64,000 bases of DNA from the NCBI GenBank assembly GCA_028693035.1, contig JAQUWE010000004.1, positions 9,660-73,659 on the forward strand, read 5' to 3'. Each line of letters opens with the position of its first letter. The stretch's first letter is position 1. Under the pieces are notes generated by a model. That model saw nothing but the letters and a program-made list of their open reading frames with translations. It did not search any database and had not been told where the DNA came from. Below are positions 48,868 to 58,193 of the stretch, in pieces. This DNA comes from Bacilli bacterium (GTDB lineage: Bacteria > Bacillota_I > Bacilli_A > RF39 > UBA660). Made by a program: the position numbers and the translations under genes.

Positions 48868-50679
48868 TCACATTTCTAAGAACTGTTTTACATTCTTTTG
48901 ACTTTCTTTTTTATTTTGTTTTTTTATTTCTTTTTGATATAATTCAATAATTTTATCTTTGTTTTTTAAACATTTTTGTATTTTATCCTTAATTGCGACT
49001 GGACTTTCTTCATTGTCAACAACTAAGTAAGATTCTATTTCTTTTCCTTTAAAATAATGATGGTTATTTCCTGTAATACAAGGAACACCCACTTCTAAAC
49101 TTTCTAAAGGTAACATAGGAGCACATTCTGAAAAAGTAACATAAAGATTTACATCATTTTGGGCCATTCTCTTCATAAGTTCCTCACGTGGTAAAGGTTT
49201 ATCAAGTCCTGTAAGTGTAATATTTAAACTCTCAGCAAAATCCTTTACTTCACTATTTAAAGGAACAAGATCTAATACTACATTGTCTAAAAGAGATATT
49301 GCCGCAATTTGCGCAAAAGTGTTTTTACGCCAGTCATAGCAAGTGGCTGCATAAAGACCTACTGTAGTTGGACCTTTCTTAGTTTCTGCCTTCTTTATCT
49401 TTGTATCTACTTTGTTTGTAATGAAACATGCTTTAATGCCTTGTTCCTTGTAGAAATCCATTATACTTTGTTTACATGTACCAAAAACTTTAATAATACC
49501 TTTTCTGTGTAAATCAATCATCTCTTGATTTCTTCTCCAGCCATAGATATCCAAAATTTGGGAATGATTCCCATGCCAGAATGTTTTGATAACAAGTTCT
49601 GGATTTTGTTTATGTAAATAAAGGACTAAAGATTTCCAGCCTTCTGCAAAGGAACTGAAAATAACTTGTGATACGCCACTTTCTATAATCGCATTACCTA
49701 CTTGCTTCACATCTTGTTTACGGAATAATTCTGTACATGTTACTAAATTTTCAAATAATTCTTTGGTTGCATTACTAACACCCATCCAATCTTTATTATA
49801 GAAAACTATATAGTCTTTTTGGTTCTGTGTAACAGATTGAATCAAATCGATTGTTGTTTGTTTATTATTTAAATAAGCTTCATCAATTCTTGCGTTCTTT
49901 CTTTTTTGTCTTTTGTATAAAACAAGGGGAAATAAAACCACTTTTCCTGTTTGACGAACATAATGCTTTGTCTTTCTATAAAGAACAAGTGCTTTAATGG
50001 TATTTCTTTTTCCTAATTTACGTACCATTTGCATTTCCATTCTCTCTTTGAAAGGCACCCAGCTAGCATCGTAGTAATGTACCATACAAGTATTATCTGT
50101 AAAAATATTATTATCACGATTATAAGAGTATGGATAGAAATATTCTCTTGGATAAATGCAGATATCATGTTCTAAAACTTGAATTTTACTGCTTCCATAT
50201 ACAACACCATATTCTTCTAAAATAGCACTTAATAGTTTAGGAACCGCTAATTCTGATAATTTATCAGGCTCAAAAGATGCGAAAGAACGATATTTTTCTA
50301 ATAATTTAGTACTTAAAATAGAATTGGGTTCACTTTCGTACCAAGCACCTACTGCGACCGCACCAGAATCTTCTATGCCTAGGAAAGTTGCATGTTCAAA
50401 AAGATGGCTAATGTCTTTGGTAACTTCCATATCTGTATCAAAATAGATACCACCATATTCTTTTAGCGCTTTTGCACGTGCATAATCTGCCATGAAAGCC
50501 CATTTTTTATTTTCATATGCGCCTTTAATAAAAGGACATTCTTCTAAATCAATATTTTCTTCTGACCATTTAATAATTTCAAAGTCAGGTAAATACTTTT
50601 TCCAACTTTTTAAACATTTTTCTCCCATTTTAGGAAAAGGCTTATCTCCAAACCAACAATAATGAATATATTTTTTCAT
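48868..50679 (-). CDS. Two-domain glycosyltransferase (GT32-like DXD N-terminal domain plus GT4-like C-terminal domain)
   Basis: IHYCWFGDKPFP...YGGIYFDTDME in the N-terminal domain, LPLESLEVGVPCITGNN in the C-terminal domain. Confidence 0.75.
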   Translation of the reverse strand: MKKYIHYCWFGDKPFPKMGEKCLKSWKKYLPDFEIIKWSEENIDLEECPFIKGAYENKKWAFMADYARAKALKEYGGIYFDTDMEVTKDISHLFEHATFLGIEDSGAVAVGAWYESEPNSILSTKLLEKYRSFASFEPDKLSELAVPKLLSAILEEYGVVYGSSKIQVLEHDICIYPREYFYPYSYNRDNNIFTDNTCMVHYYDASWVPFKERMEMQMVRKLGKRNTIKALVLYRKTKHYVRQTGKVVLFPLVLYKRQKRKNARIDEAYLNNKQTTIDLIQSVTQNQKDYIVFYNKDWMGVSNATKELFENLVTCTELFRKQDVKQVGNAIIESGVSQVIFSSFAEGWKSLVLYLHKQNPELVIKTFWHGNHSQILDIYGWRRNQEMIDLHRKGIIKVFGTCKQSIMDFYKEQGIKACFITNKVDTKIKKAETKKGPTTVGLYAATCYDWRKNTFAQIAAISLLDNVVLDLVPLNSEVKDFAESLNITLTGLDKPLPREELMKRMAQNDVNLYVTFSECAPMLPLESLEVGVPCITGNNHHYFKGKEIESYLVVDNEESPVAIKDKIQKCLKNKDKIIELYQKEIKKQNKKESQKNVKQFLEM

Positions 50680-50690
50680 TCTTCCACCAC

Positions 50691-51617
50691 CTATAATTTA
50701 TTTTTCCACTTTTTTATTCTTTTTTTGATTTTTTGCTGAAATGTATTTGCTAACAAATCATTTATGACTTTTTGTTTCTTAAGTTCCTCACGATATTTTT
50801 TTTGCTCTTCTCCCTTTAGGAAAGATACATATCTTAAAGCAGCATTGGCCATGTAGCTATAAAGAAGTTGCTTGCTTACCGGTTCTATTTGTAAAGGCTT
50901 CACCTTTTTTTTAATAGTCTGGTTGTAATAAAGAACATCATACGCTCTTTTGACTGTCTTTATAACATCTTCATTTCTTGTAATACTGTTTTCTGTTTGT
51001 ACATATGTATAGAAAACAAAATCTAATATTTTTATTTTATTACTTTTAATTAGGGTATAAGGAATAAGTCCAAAATCTTCATGATATCTGCCCTCTGTAA
51101 AAAGCAATTTATTTTGTTTCATATAAGAAGTTTTATAAGCATAAAGTACTGCCATTTCAAACAAGACACCATCTGTAATAAGCCTTTGAATTGCCTTGTC
51201 TCCTTTTAAAACAGTACCTTGATAAGAAGTTTCTTTTACCTTTTCTGTACCATCAGGATATAACTCTTTATAATTAAACTTAAGTAAGTCTAAATCTTCT
51301 TCCATATGTGCTTCTAATAAAGAAAGCATATTTACATCTACAAAATCATCGATATCTACAAATAAAAAGTAATCGCCTGACGCTATATCAATTCCTCTAT
51401 TACGAGAAGCACTTAATCCTCTATTTTCTTGATGAAACAGTTTGATCTGTTTATAGCGTTCTGCATATTTTTTTAAAATAGGAAGACTTTTGTCTGTACT
51501 ACCATCATCTATAATAATAATTTCATAGGCAGCATATGTTTGATTTACAAGAGAGTCTAAACAGGTAGAAATGTATGGTTCTCCATTATAGACAGATACA
51601 ATAAAACTATATTTCAT
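50691..51617 (-). CDS. GT2-family glycosyltransferase
   Basis: SFIVSVYNGEPYISTCLDSLVNQTY...IIIDDGSTD...FVDIDDF. Confidence 0.85.
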   Translation of the reverse strand: MKYSFIVSVYNGEPYISTCLDSLVNQTYAAYEIIIIDDGSTDKSLPILKKYAERYKQIKLFHQENRGLSASRNRGIDIASGDYFLFVDIDDFVDVNMLSLLEAHMEEDLDLLKFNYKELYPDGTEKVKETSYQGTVLKGDKAIQRLITDGVLFEMAVLYAYKTSYMKQNKLLFTEGRYHEDFGLIPYTLIKSNKIKILDFVFYTYVQTENSITRNEDVIKTVKRAYDVLYYNQTIKKKVKPLQIEPVSKQLLYSYMANAALRYVSFLKGEEQKKYREELKKQKVINDLLANTFQQKIKKRIKKWKNKL

Positions 51618-51624
51618 ATAACAT

Positions 51625-52692
51625 CTACCCCTCTATAATCTTTTCGGTATTTTGAATTGTTTCTTGTATAAAAGTATTTTCATCAAATGCTTTAGGAATT
51701 TTATTTATAAATGCTTTTTCGATGGTTTCATAAATACTGTTTTCATCTTGCTGTGCAAGAAATACATAATCCTTTAATGCGAAAGAACCTGTTGTTACAG
51801 CAATGGTTGTCATTACTTTTTTTCCTAAAATCAAAGCTTCCATACAGACTACTGGAAACCCTTCATAGTAAGAGGGTAAGACAAAAAGATCTGCTTGTTT
51901 TATATAAGGATAAGGATTGCTTTTACTTCCTAAAAAGGTAACATTTTCTAAATGGTTATCTTCTACATATTTTTCAAATAAACCTTTATCAGGACCATCT
52001 CCTATTATGTATAAATGTTTGTGACTTTTCTTTTCTTGTAAGGTTTTCATAACAGAAAGAAGTCTTAAAATGCCCTTAGAGTCTTCTTCCAATCTTCCTA
52101 CAAAAAGCATATTTTCTTTGGTAGGAAAAAGGCTTAGAGATTGTTCTGCTTTGGTTCTAATTTCTACTACATCAAATAAGTTGTTTGTGACCTTTGCTTT
52201 GGTTTCCAAAGAAGGATATATTTTTAGAAAATCATTTTTTGATTCGTTGGAAACAAAAACAATTTGATTGAATTTAGAAACTTCTCTTTTATCAAAAAAG
52301 CGAATAAAATTTTCTTTGTCATAAATAAATGCATAATTACTATGTACCCATAAAGTACTTTTTTTCCCTACTCTCTTTGTAATAATAGAAGAAGGAATAT
52401 CATACGTGGCATAGCATATACTATGATCATATTTTTTAAAATGAGATAAAGTATACCATAGTAGATGAAGTCTATTGTAAATTTTTCTAAGAGGTACAAA
52501 CCTTATATTAGACAAAGCATACTCTTCTACATGAACGTAAGAAGGGATATCCTTTAAGAAAATCCCTCTTTTTTCTTGTAGTAAAAGGGTAATGTCATAT
52601 TTTTTTGGATCTAATTTCTTTAAAAGATTAATGAGTGATTTCTCAATTCCACCAAAATCTAAATAGTAGCTCGCAATTAAAATTTTTTTCAT
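51625..52692 (-). CDS. GT4-family glycosyltransferase
   Basis: LPSYYEGFPVVCMEALILGKKV. The ATG at 52692 (MKKILIAS) follows the upstream stop, whereas the longer ORF would overlap the ATPase gene. Confidence 0.8.
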   Translation of the reverse strand: MKKILIASYYLDFGGIEKSLINLLKKLDPKKYDITLLLQEKRGIFLKDIPSYVHVEEYALSNIRFVPLRKIYNRLHLLWYTLSHFKKYDHSICYATYDIPSSIITKRVGKKSTLWVHSNYAFIYDKENFIRFFDKREVSKFNQIVFVSNESKNDFLKIYPSLETKAKVTNNLFDVVEIRTKAEQSLSLFPTKENMLFVGRLEEDSKGILRLLSVMKTLQEKKSHKHLYIIGDGPDKGLFEKYVEDNHLENVTFLGSKSNPYPYIKQADLFVLPSYYEGFPVVCMEALILGKKVMTTIAVTTGSFALKDYVFLAQQDENSIYETIEKAFINKIPKAFDENTFIQETIQNTEKIIEG

Positions 52693-52708
52693 ACGCAATC
52701 CTTTTACT

Positions 52709-53509
52709 TTATTTTTTCTTATTTTGTTCTTTTTCTTTTTCTTCTGCTTTTCTTCTATCTTCACTTTGTTTTTGTGTTTCACCCATTTGTTCTAAGTAAT
52801 ACGCATCACAAAGTTCTTTTGTTTCTCCTATCATTCGTACATTTCCATGTTCAAGCCATATGACTTTGTCACATAATTCTTGAATGGATTGAATGGAATG
52901 GGATACATATAAAACGGTTGTTCCACCTTTAATCATTTCCATCATTTTATTTTTACTTTTCTCTTGGAACTTAATATCTCCAACTGATAAGATTTCATCC
53001 ACAATTAAAATTTCTGGATTTACAATCGTTGCGATAGAGAAGGCAAGTTTAGCAGTCATACCAGAAGAAAAGTTCTTAACAGGTGCATCTAGAAAATCTC
53101 TTAATTCTGAAAATTCAACAATATCATCAAATTTTTCATCAATAAATACTTTTGAATATCCCAAAATAGCACCATTTAAATAAATGTTTTCACGTGCAGT
53201 AAGCTCTGGGTCAAACCCTGCGCCAAGCTCAATCATAGGAGAGACAGCACCTGCGATGGTTACTTTTCCTTTGGTTGGTTTCATAACGCCACTGACTACT
53301 TTTAAAAGGGTACTTTTTCCAGCACCATTGCTTCCAATTAAACCAACGACTTCTCCTTTATTTACATGAAAGGATACATCAGAAAGAGCCCAAAAATCTT
53401 TTTTTTCTTTTTTTGTTTTTTTAGTAAAAAGGTTTATAAAAGTTTCTTTGAAAGAAGTTGCTTCTACACCTAAATCAAATTTCATTGATACATGTTCTGC
53501 TCTAATCAT
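52709..53509 (-). CDS. tagH: Polysaccharide/teichoic-acid ABC exporter ATP-binding protein (TagH/Wzt-like, short form)
   Basis: GSNGAGKSTLLK, FSSGMTAKLAFS, ILIVDEILSVGD. At 266 aa it has no extra C-terminal domain. Confidence 0.9.
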   Translation of the reverse strand: MIRAEHVSMKFDLGVEATSFKETFINLFTKKTKKEKKDFWALSDVSFHVNKGEVVGLIGSNGAGKSTLLKVVSGVMKPTKGKVTIAGAVSPMIELGAGFDPELTARENIYLNGAILGYSKVFIDEKFDDIVEFSELRDFLDAPVKNFSSGMTAKLAFSIATIVNPEILIVDEILSVGDIKFQEKSKNKMMEMIKGGTTVLYVSHSIQSIQELCDKVIWLEHGNVRMIGETKELCDAYYLEQMGETQKQSEDRRKAEEKEKEQNKKK

Positions 53510-53520
53510 GTTATTCCTCC

Positions 53521-54333
53521 TTATACATAATAAATAAATTTATCTTGTTTTTTTCTAAATGTAATTGCCCCTATCATAAAGGTTGCAATACTTATTATAA
53601 GTAATATACCCATTGTCAAAAAGGAAGGTCTTTCTCCAAATAAAACAATTTGACGGACTGCGGTAATATACTGATACATTGGGTTGTACTGAAAAAGGGC
53701 TTGTAGATTTGCTGGTAAAATTTCTACGCTATAGAAAACAGGTGTTACATAATTCCATATTGTTAAAATAATTCCATAAATATAGAACATATCTCTTAAG
53801 AAAACAGAGATACAAGATAAGAATAATCCAATTCCTGCTGTAAAAATAAAGAAGCAAAGGAATAGGAAAGGTAAAAAGATATAGGTCCAGTTAATCGGAC
53901 AAGCATATTGTCCAAGTCCTACATAAGAGAGTAGGATAATCGCAAACCAAGGAATTAGTGTTAAAAGAAAATTGATTCCTACAAATAAGCATTTTGCGAT
54001 AGGGAAAATATATTTAGGAATATAAATCTTATTAATCAGTGAAAAGTTTCCTACAACAGATGTCATTGCTAAATTAGAAGCTTCACTAAAATAATTAAAC
54101 ATAATAAGTCCTGTCATTAAATATACTAGGTAATTGACACCCTCTACTTGAAATTTAAACATTTGAGAGAAGACAATGGCCATAACTGCCATCATTAAAA
54201 CGGGGTTTAAAATACTCCATAGTACACCTAGTACACTTCTTTTGTATTTTACCTTAAAATCTCTCATAATAAGTTGATACATTAAAAAAGAATAGCGTTT
54301 AAAATTATTCCATATGTTTTTAATTGTTTTCAT
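53521..54333 (-). CDS. tagG: ABC-2 type exporter permease (TagG/Wzm-like)
   Basis: Six TM helices. The N-terminus ...LIMRDFKVKYKRSVLGVLWSILNP is typical of ABC-2 permeases. AGGAGG lies 4 nt upstream of the ATG at 54333. Confidence 0.85.
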   Translation of the reverse strand: MKTIKNIWNNFKRYSFLMYQLIMRDFKVKYKRSVLGVLWSILNPVLMMAVMAIVFSQMFKFQVEGVNYLVYLMTGLIMFNYFSEASNLAMTSVVGNFSLINKIYIPKYIFPIAKCLFVGINFLLTLIPWFAIILLSYVGLGQYACPINWTYIFLPFLFLCFFIFTAGIGLFLSCISVFLRDMFYIYGIILTIWNYVTPVFYSVEILPANLQALFQYNPMYQYITAVRQIVLFGERPSFLTMGILLIISIATFMIGAITFRKKQDKFIYYV

Positions 54334-54341
54334 AATTCCTC

Positions 54342-55292
54342 CTACGTTCTTTGTAATGTGCAGTACATTTCTACACACCATTTATGATTTTTTATAATTC
54401 TTTTTAAAAGGGAAGTTTTTCTATATTCTGCATTTTTTCTCCATCCTGGAAAATGTGTATTTAAATAAACATACCCTGCCGTAATAAACTCTTTTTTTAT
54501 AATTGGATCTTGTTGATATTTTTGCCTAAGCATATATCTTGTAATCTGGTGAATGTTTAAGAAGGTAAGAAATTCTTGAAACTTTTCTTCTTCATAATAA
54601 TGATTTACCAAATCCATTACTTTAAAAATATCAAAAACCTTTTTATCCATTGTATTGGTTTCACTTTGTGCATGAATCATATAATGATAATAAGCTTCTT
54701 TTATATGCCCTATTTTCTTTGCATGAAATAAGGCTTTCATAACAAAAGGCATATCTTCATATTTTATATCTTCTTCAAATACAATTTTATGTTCTATAAG
54801 TATTTCTCTTAAGAATATTTTATTACAAGGACCATAATCATCCATGAGTAATAAATTCGGATCTTTATGCACATTAGAAGCTATAAAGTAAGGCGTTTCA
54901 AATACTTCCTTTTTACCATCTTCTGTTTCTTTATAATAATCTCCTGTAACGATATCCAATTGTTTTTTTTCTGCAAAGGCATAGTATTTTTCATACATTT
55001 TAGGACTTACATAATCGTCTCCATCTACAAATCCAACATATTTTCCTTTGGCTTTTAAAAGACCTTTATTTCTTGTTTTCCCAATACCTTCGTTCTTTTT
55101 ACTATCAATAAAAACAATATTCTTATATTTTTTTTGATAAGAGGCAATAACCTTACCACTGTTATCCGTACTTCCATCATTTACCACAATAATTTCTATA
55201 TCTGATAAAGTTTGTTTTACTAAAGAATCCAGACAAATAGAAATGCTATTTTCTTTATTATAAACAGGTACGACAATGCTTACTTTTATCAT
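54342..55292 (-). CDS. GT2-family glycosyltransferase
   Basis: VSIVVPVYNKENSISICLDSLVKQT...IIVVNDGSTDNS...FVDGDD. Confidence 0.85.
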   Translation of the reverse strand: MIKVSIVVPVYNKENSISICLDSLVKQTLSDIEIIVVNDGSTDNSGKVIASYQKKYKNIVFIDSKKNEGIGKTRNKGLLKAKGKYVGFVDGDDYVSPKMYEKYYAFAEKKQLDIVTGDYYKETEDGKKEVFETPYFIASNVHKDPNLLLMDDYGPCNKIFLREILIEHKIVFEEDIKYEDMPFVMKALFHAKKIGHIKEAYYHYMIHAQSETNTMDKKVFDIFKVMDLVNHYYEEEKFQEFLTFLNIHQITRYMLRQKYQQDPIIKKEFITAGYVYLNTHFPGWRKNAEYRKTSLLKRIIKNHKWCVEMYCTLQRT

Positions 55293-55375
55293 ATTTCACA
55301 TCTCTCTATTAACAAGTATCTTTTCTGACTATTTTCATTATACCGTATTTTTTAAAATAAGACAATTTTTTCTCA

Positions 55376-56683
55376 TTAAAAAGGCATCTTAAAATTACCA
55401 TTTTGCATTTTTTTCATCATGGTTTTCATTTGTTCAAATTGTTTTAAAAGGCGGTTTACTTCTTCTACAGAGCGAGCACTTCCTTTCGCAATTCTTTGTT
55501 TACGAGTCATTTTTAAAACTTCTGGATGTTTTCTTTCATATGGTGTCATAGATAAAATAATGGCTTCAATATGTGCGATATCTTTAGGATCTATTTTTAC
55601 ATTTTGAAGTCCCATTTTAGAAGCACCAGGAATCATTTTAAGAAGGTTTTCTAAAGGACCTAATTTCTTGATTTGTTTAAATTGTACTAAAAAATCTTCT
55701 AAATCAAATTTTCCACTTTTCATTTTTTTAGCAGCTGCAGTTGCTTCTTTTTCGTCGATAACACTTTCTGCTTTTTCGATCATAGAAAGGATATCTCCCA
55801 TCCCTAAAATACGAGAAGCCATACGATCTGGATAGAAAGGTTCAATTCCATCTAATTTTTCACTTACACCAATCATTTTGATAGGAACACTTGTAAGATG
55901 ACGGATAGAAAGAGCGGCTCCACCTTTGGTATCTCCATCTAATTTAGTTAAAATAGCGCCTGTTAGTTTTAATTTCTCATTAAATCCTGTAATGACATGA
56001 ATGGCATCTTGCCCTGTCATACTATCGATAACAAGAATGGTTTCTTCTGGATGTACTTCTTCTGTTATTTTCTGCAATTCTTCCATTAATGCTTCATCGA
56101 TATGAAGGCGTCCTGCTGTATCTAACAAGACATAGTCATAGCCATTTTCTTTGGCATGCGTAATAGCGTTTTTAGCAATAATAATAGGGTTTCCTTGTCC
56201 TTCTTCGTATACTGGAATATTAAGTTCTTTTCCAAGTTGTTTTAACTGGTCAATGGCAGCAGGTCTATAAACATCACATGCGACTAAAAGAGGCTTTTTA
56301 TGTTCCTTTTTACGGAGTAAATTAGCCAGTTTGGCACAAGTCGTTGTTTTTCCACTTCCTTGTAACCCAGCCAGCATTAAAATAGCGGGACTTCCTTTTG
56401 TATTTAAAGGGGCACTATCTCCTCCTAATAATTCAACAAGTTCATCTTTGACGATTTTAACAAAAACTTCTCCTGGTTTTAGACTTTTTGCGACTTCCTC
56501 TCCAAGTGCTTTTGCTTTTACATTTCCTACAAATTCTTTTACTACTTTATAATTAACATCGGCTTCTAAAAGAGCAAGACGAATTTCTCTTGTTACTTCG
56601 CTGATGTTTTCTTCTGTTAATTTTCCATATCCTTTAATTTTGTCAACGGCTTTACTTAAACGTTCTCCTAAATTTTCAAACAT
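55376..56683 (-). CDS. ffh: Signal recognition particle protein Ffh
   Basis: MFENLGERLSKA..., GLQGSGKTTT, DTAGR, TKLDGD, and a Met-rich M domain. AGAAGG lies upstream of the ATG at 56683. Confidence 0.95.
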   Translation of the reverse strand: MFENLGERLSKAVDKIKGYGKLTEENISEVTREIRLALLEADVNYKVVKEFVGNVKAKALGEEVAKSLKPGEVFVKIVKDELVELLGGDSAPLNTKGSPAILMLAGLQGSGKTTTCAKLANLLRKKEHKKPLLVACDVYRPAAIDQLKQLGKELNIPVYEEGQGNPIIIAKNAITHAKENGYDYVLLDTAGRLHIDEALMEELQKITEEVHPEETILVIDSMTGQDAIHVITGFNEKLKLTGAILTKLDGDTKGGAALSIRHLTSVPIKMIGVSEKLDGIEPFYPDRMASRILGMGDILSMIEKAESVIDEKEATAAAKKMKSGKFDLEDFLVQFKQIKKLGPLENLLKMIPGASKMGLQNVKIDPKDIAHIEAIILSMTPYERKHPEVLKMTRKQRIAKGSARSVEEVNRLLKQFEQMKTMMKKMQNGNFKMPF

Positions 56684-56740
56684 GCAATACCTTCTTTCTA
56701 ACATTTCTTGTATTTTTATGTGCAATAACATTATACAAGA

Positions 56741-56772
56741 AAAAACAAAAAAAAGCCATATCATAGGCTTTA
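56741..56772 (-). terminator. Rho-independent terminator after the repeat-protein gene
   Basis: aaagcc / ggcttt stem, with a long T-run on the minus strand. Confidence 0.55.
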
Positions 56773-56818
56773 TCTTATTCGCATTTTGATTTGTTTTTTG
56801 TTATTTTTCTAAAGTTCT

Positions 56819-58129
56819 CTACATTCTTGGTAAACACATTTTCTTTTGATAAGAATCTGTTGCTTCTTCTTTTTCTAGTTGCGTAGGTAACTGTGGAAGA
56901 TATACCTTTTTTTGATAATGTTGGTTTTCATTTTCTCCATATATCATCTTTCTCATCTGTGCATAAGGAATGTCTGGGAATAACAAGCGATATTCATTCT
57001 CTTTTGTCACCTGTGCCCACTGTAATATTCTTGCATATAAAACAGGGGGATACATAAGTTTCTTATCTGGTACTGAAACAATATATTTCCGAATGCTTTG
57101 TAAAGAAGAAATACCTTGTTGCATGAAAGGTGTACAAATGTAATTGACGATAAGCTGTTTTGTAATTCCTAAAATATTTACTGTTTTTTCTAAAGGATAG
57201 TCCTCAATTTCTAATAGAGACAGTATATAAAAAATGTCTTTTTCTGTAGGCATGAGCTGATCCTTTGTAAGTCTAGCAATCAGGGCACGTTTTACTCTTC
57301 TATCTGCACCCTTTGTCTTTAAAACCGTACTATACATTTCATCCTCTGAAATACCTGCTTTTTTAAATACTAGTGTAGGCTCTGCCATCCCTTTATCTAC
57401 TTCTTCTAAAATAGAAAATAAAAATTGTTGGGCCTTTATTTCTTCCTTTGTTTTTAGAACAGTACTATGGATATTTCCTTCTATCATTTTTGGATTCTTT
57501 AATACTCTTGCTGCTTTGAAAACTCCGTAGTCCATTCGGCGTAAAATATTAAGTATATATTTTTGTTCTTCTAATTCTTCTTTGGTTTTTAGAACAGTAC
57601 TATATATATTTCCTTCTAAAACTTTTGCATCTTTTATAACTTCCAATGCTTTTGCCTTTTCATTATCGATTTGATTTAGGATAGATAGTAAAAATTTTTG
57701 TTCGTTTATCTCTTTTGTTTTTACAAAGTTAGCAACTATATTGGCTTTTGAAGGATGGCTGACACACAATAAATTTTCCATTCCTGTGAAAGCAGTAGGT
57801 AAAATTTGTTCATCTTTCCATAACGTTTCCATATTTTTCTCTTTTGACATAAATAAAAGAAAATGATAAAAATTGTCAAGTTTTTTTACCTCTTCCTCAG
57901 TCCTTTTCATACTGATTACTTTTATATAACGTTTATAATATTTTTGATATAGAAAATGAAGGCGCATACTATTTTTTAGATATTCAAGTTCATATACTTC
58001 TAAATCATTTTTTCCATTTTTTTCTGTAAGTCCCTTTATAGTATTTCCGCTTTCTGCTTTTTCAGCTGGATGATAGGCGAAATGAAATTCAGTTGCTATA
58101 TTAGGATGGATTTTAATCTTTTTTTCCAT
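56819..58129 (-). CDS. Hypothetical protein with four tandem 45-aa repeats
   Basis: 436 aa. AAAGGAGG lies upstream of the ATG. The repeats are centred on STVLKTKEE(L/I)..Q.(Y/F)(I/L).(N/S)IL...D. Confidence 0.6.
   Translation of the reverse strand: MEKKIKIHPNIATEFHFAYHPAEKAESGNTIKGLTEKNGKNDLEVYELEYLKNSMRLHFLYQKYYKRYIKVISMKRTEEEVKKLDNFYHFLLFMSKEKNMETLWKDEQILPTAFTGMENLLCVSHPSKANIVANFVKTKEINEQKFLLSILNQIDNEKAKALEVIKDAKVLEGNIYSTVLKTKEELEEQKYILNILRRMDYGVFKAARVLKNPKMIEGNIHSTVLKTKEEIKAQQFLFSILEEVDKGMAEPTLVFKKAGISEDEMYSTVLKTKGADRRVKRALIARLTKDQLMPTEKDIFYILSLLEIEDYPLEKTVNILGITKQLIVNYICTPFMQQGISSLQSIRKYIVSVPDKKLMYPPVLYARILQWAQVTKENEYRLLFPDIPYAQMRKMIYGENENQHYQKKVYLPQLPTQLEKEEATDSYQKKMCLPRM
57275..57757 (-). 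repeat. 135-nt-period coding tandem repeat (about 4 units, diverged)
   Basis: The sequence tttttagaacagtacta recurs at 57451 and 57586, exactly 135 nt apart. Protein-level periodicity is 45 aa (KTK at residues 136, 181, 226 and 271). Confidence 0.7.
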
Positions 58130-58193
58130 AGTGTTTCCTCCTTTTAGAGTTCTATTGTACGCTAAATGCTAAAGAATGTAAAGAAAAAAGGAA

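Noticed and set aside
56684-56764. N-terminal extensions of ffh (and similarly clpB 60312-60395, the aminopeptidase 29617-29691, ssb 25547-25603, GT4 52693-52782, tagG 54334-54381)
   Set aside because: The extended parts are hydrophobic or low-complexity and overlap upstream genes or terminators. In each case a good SD precedes an internal start that matches the family N-terminus.
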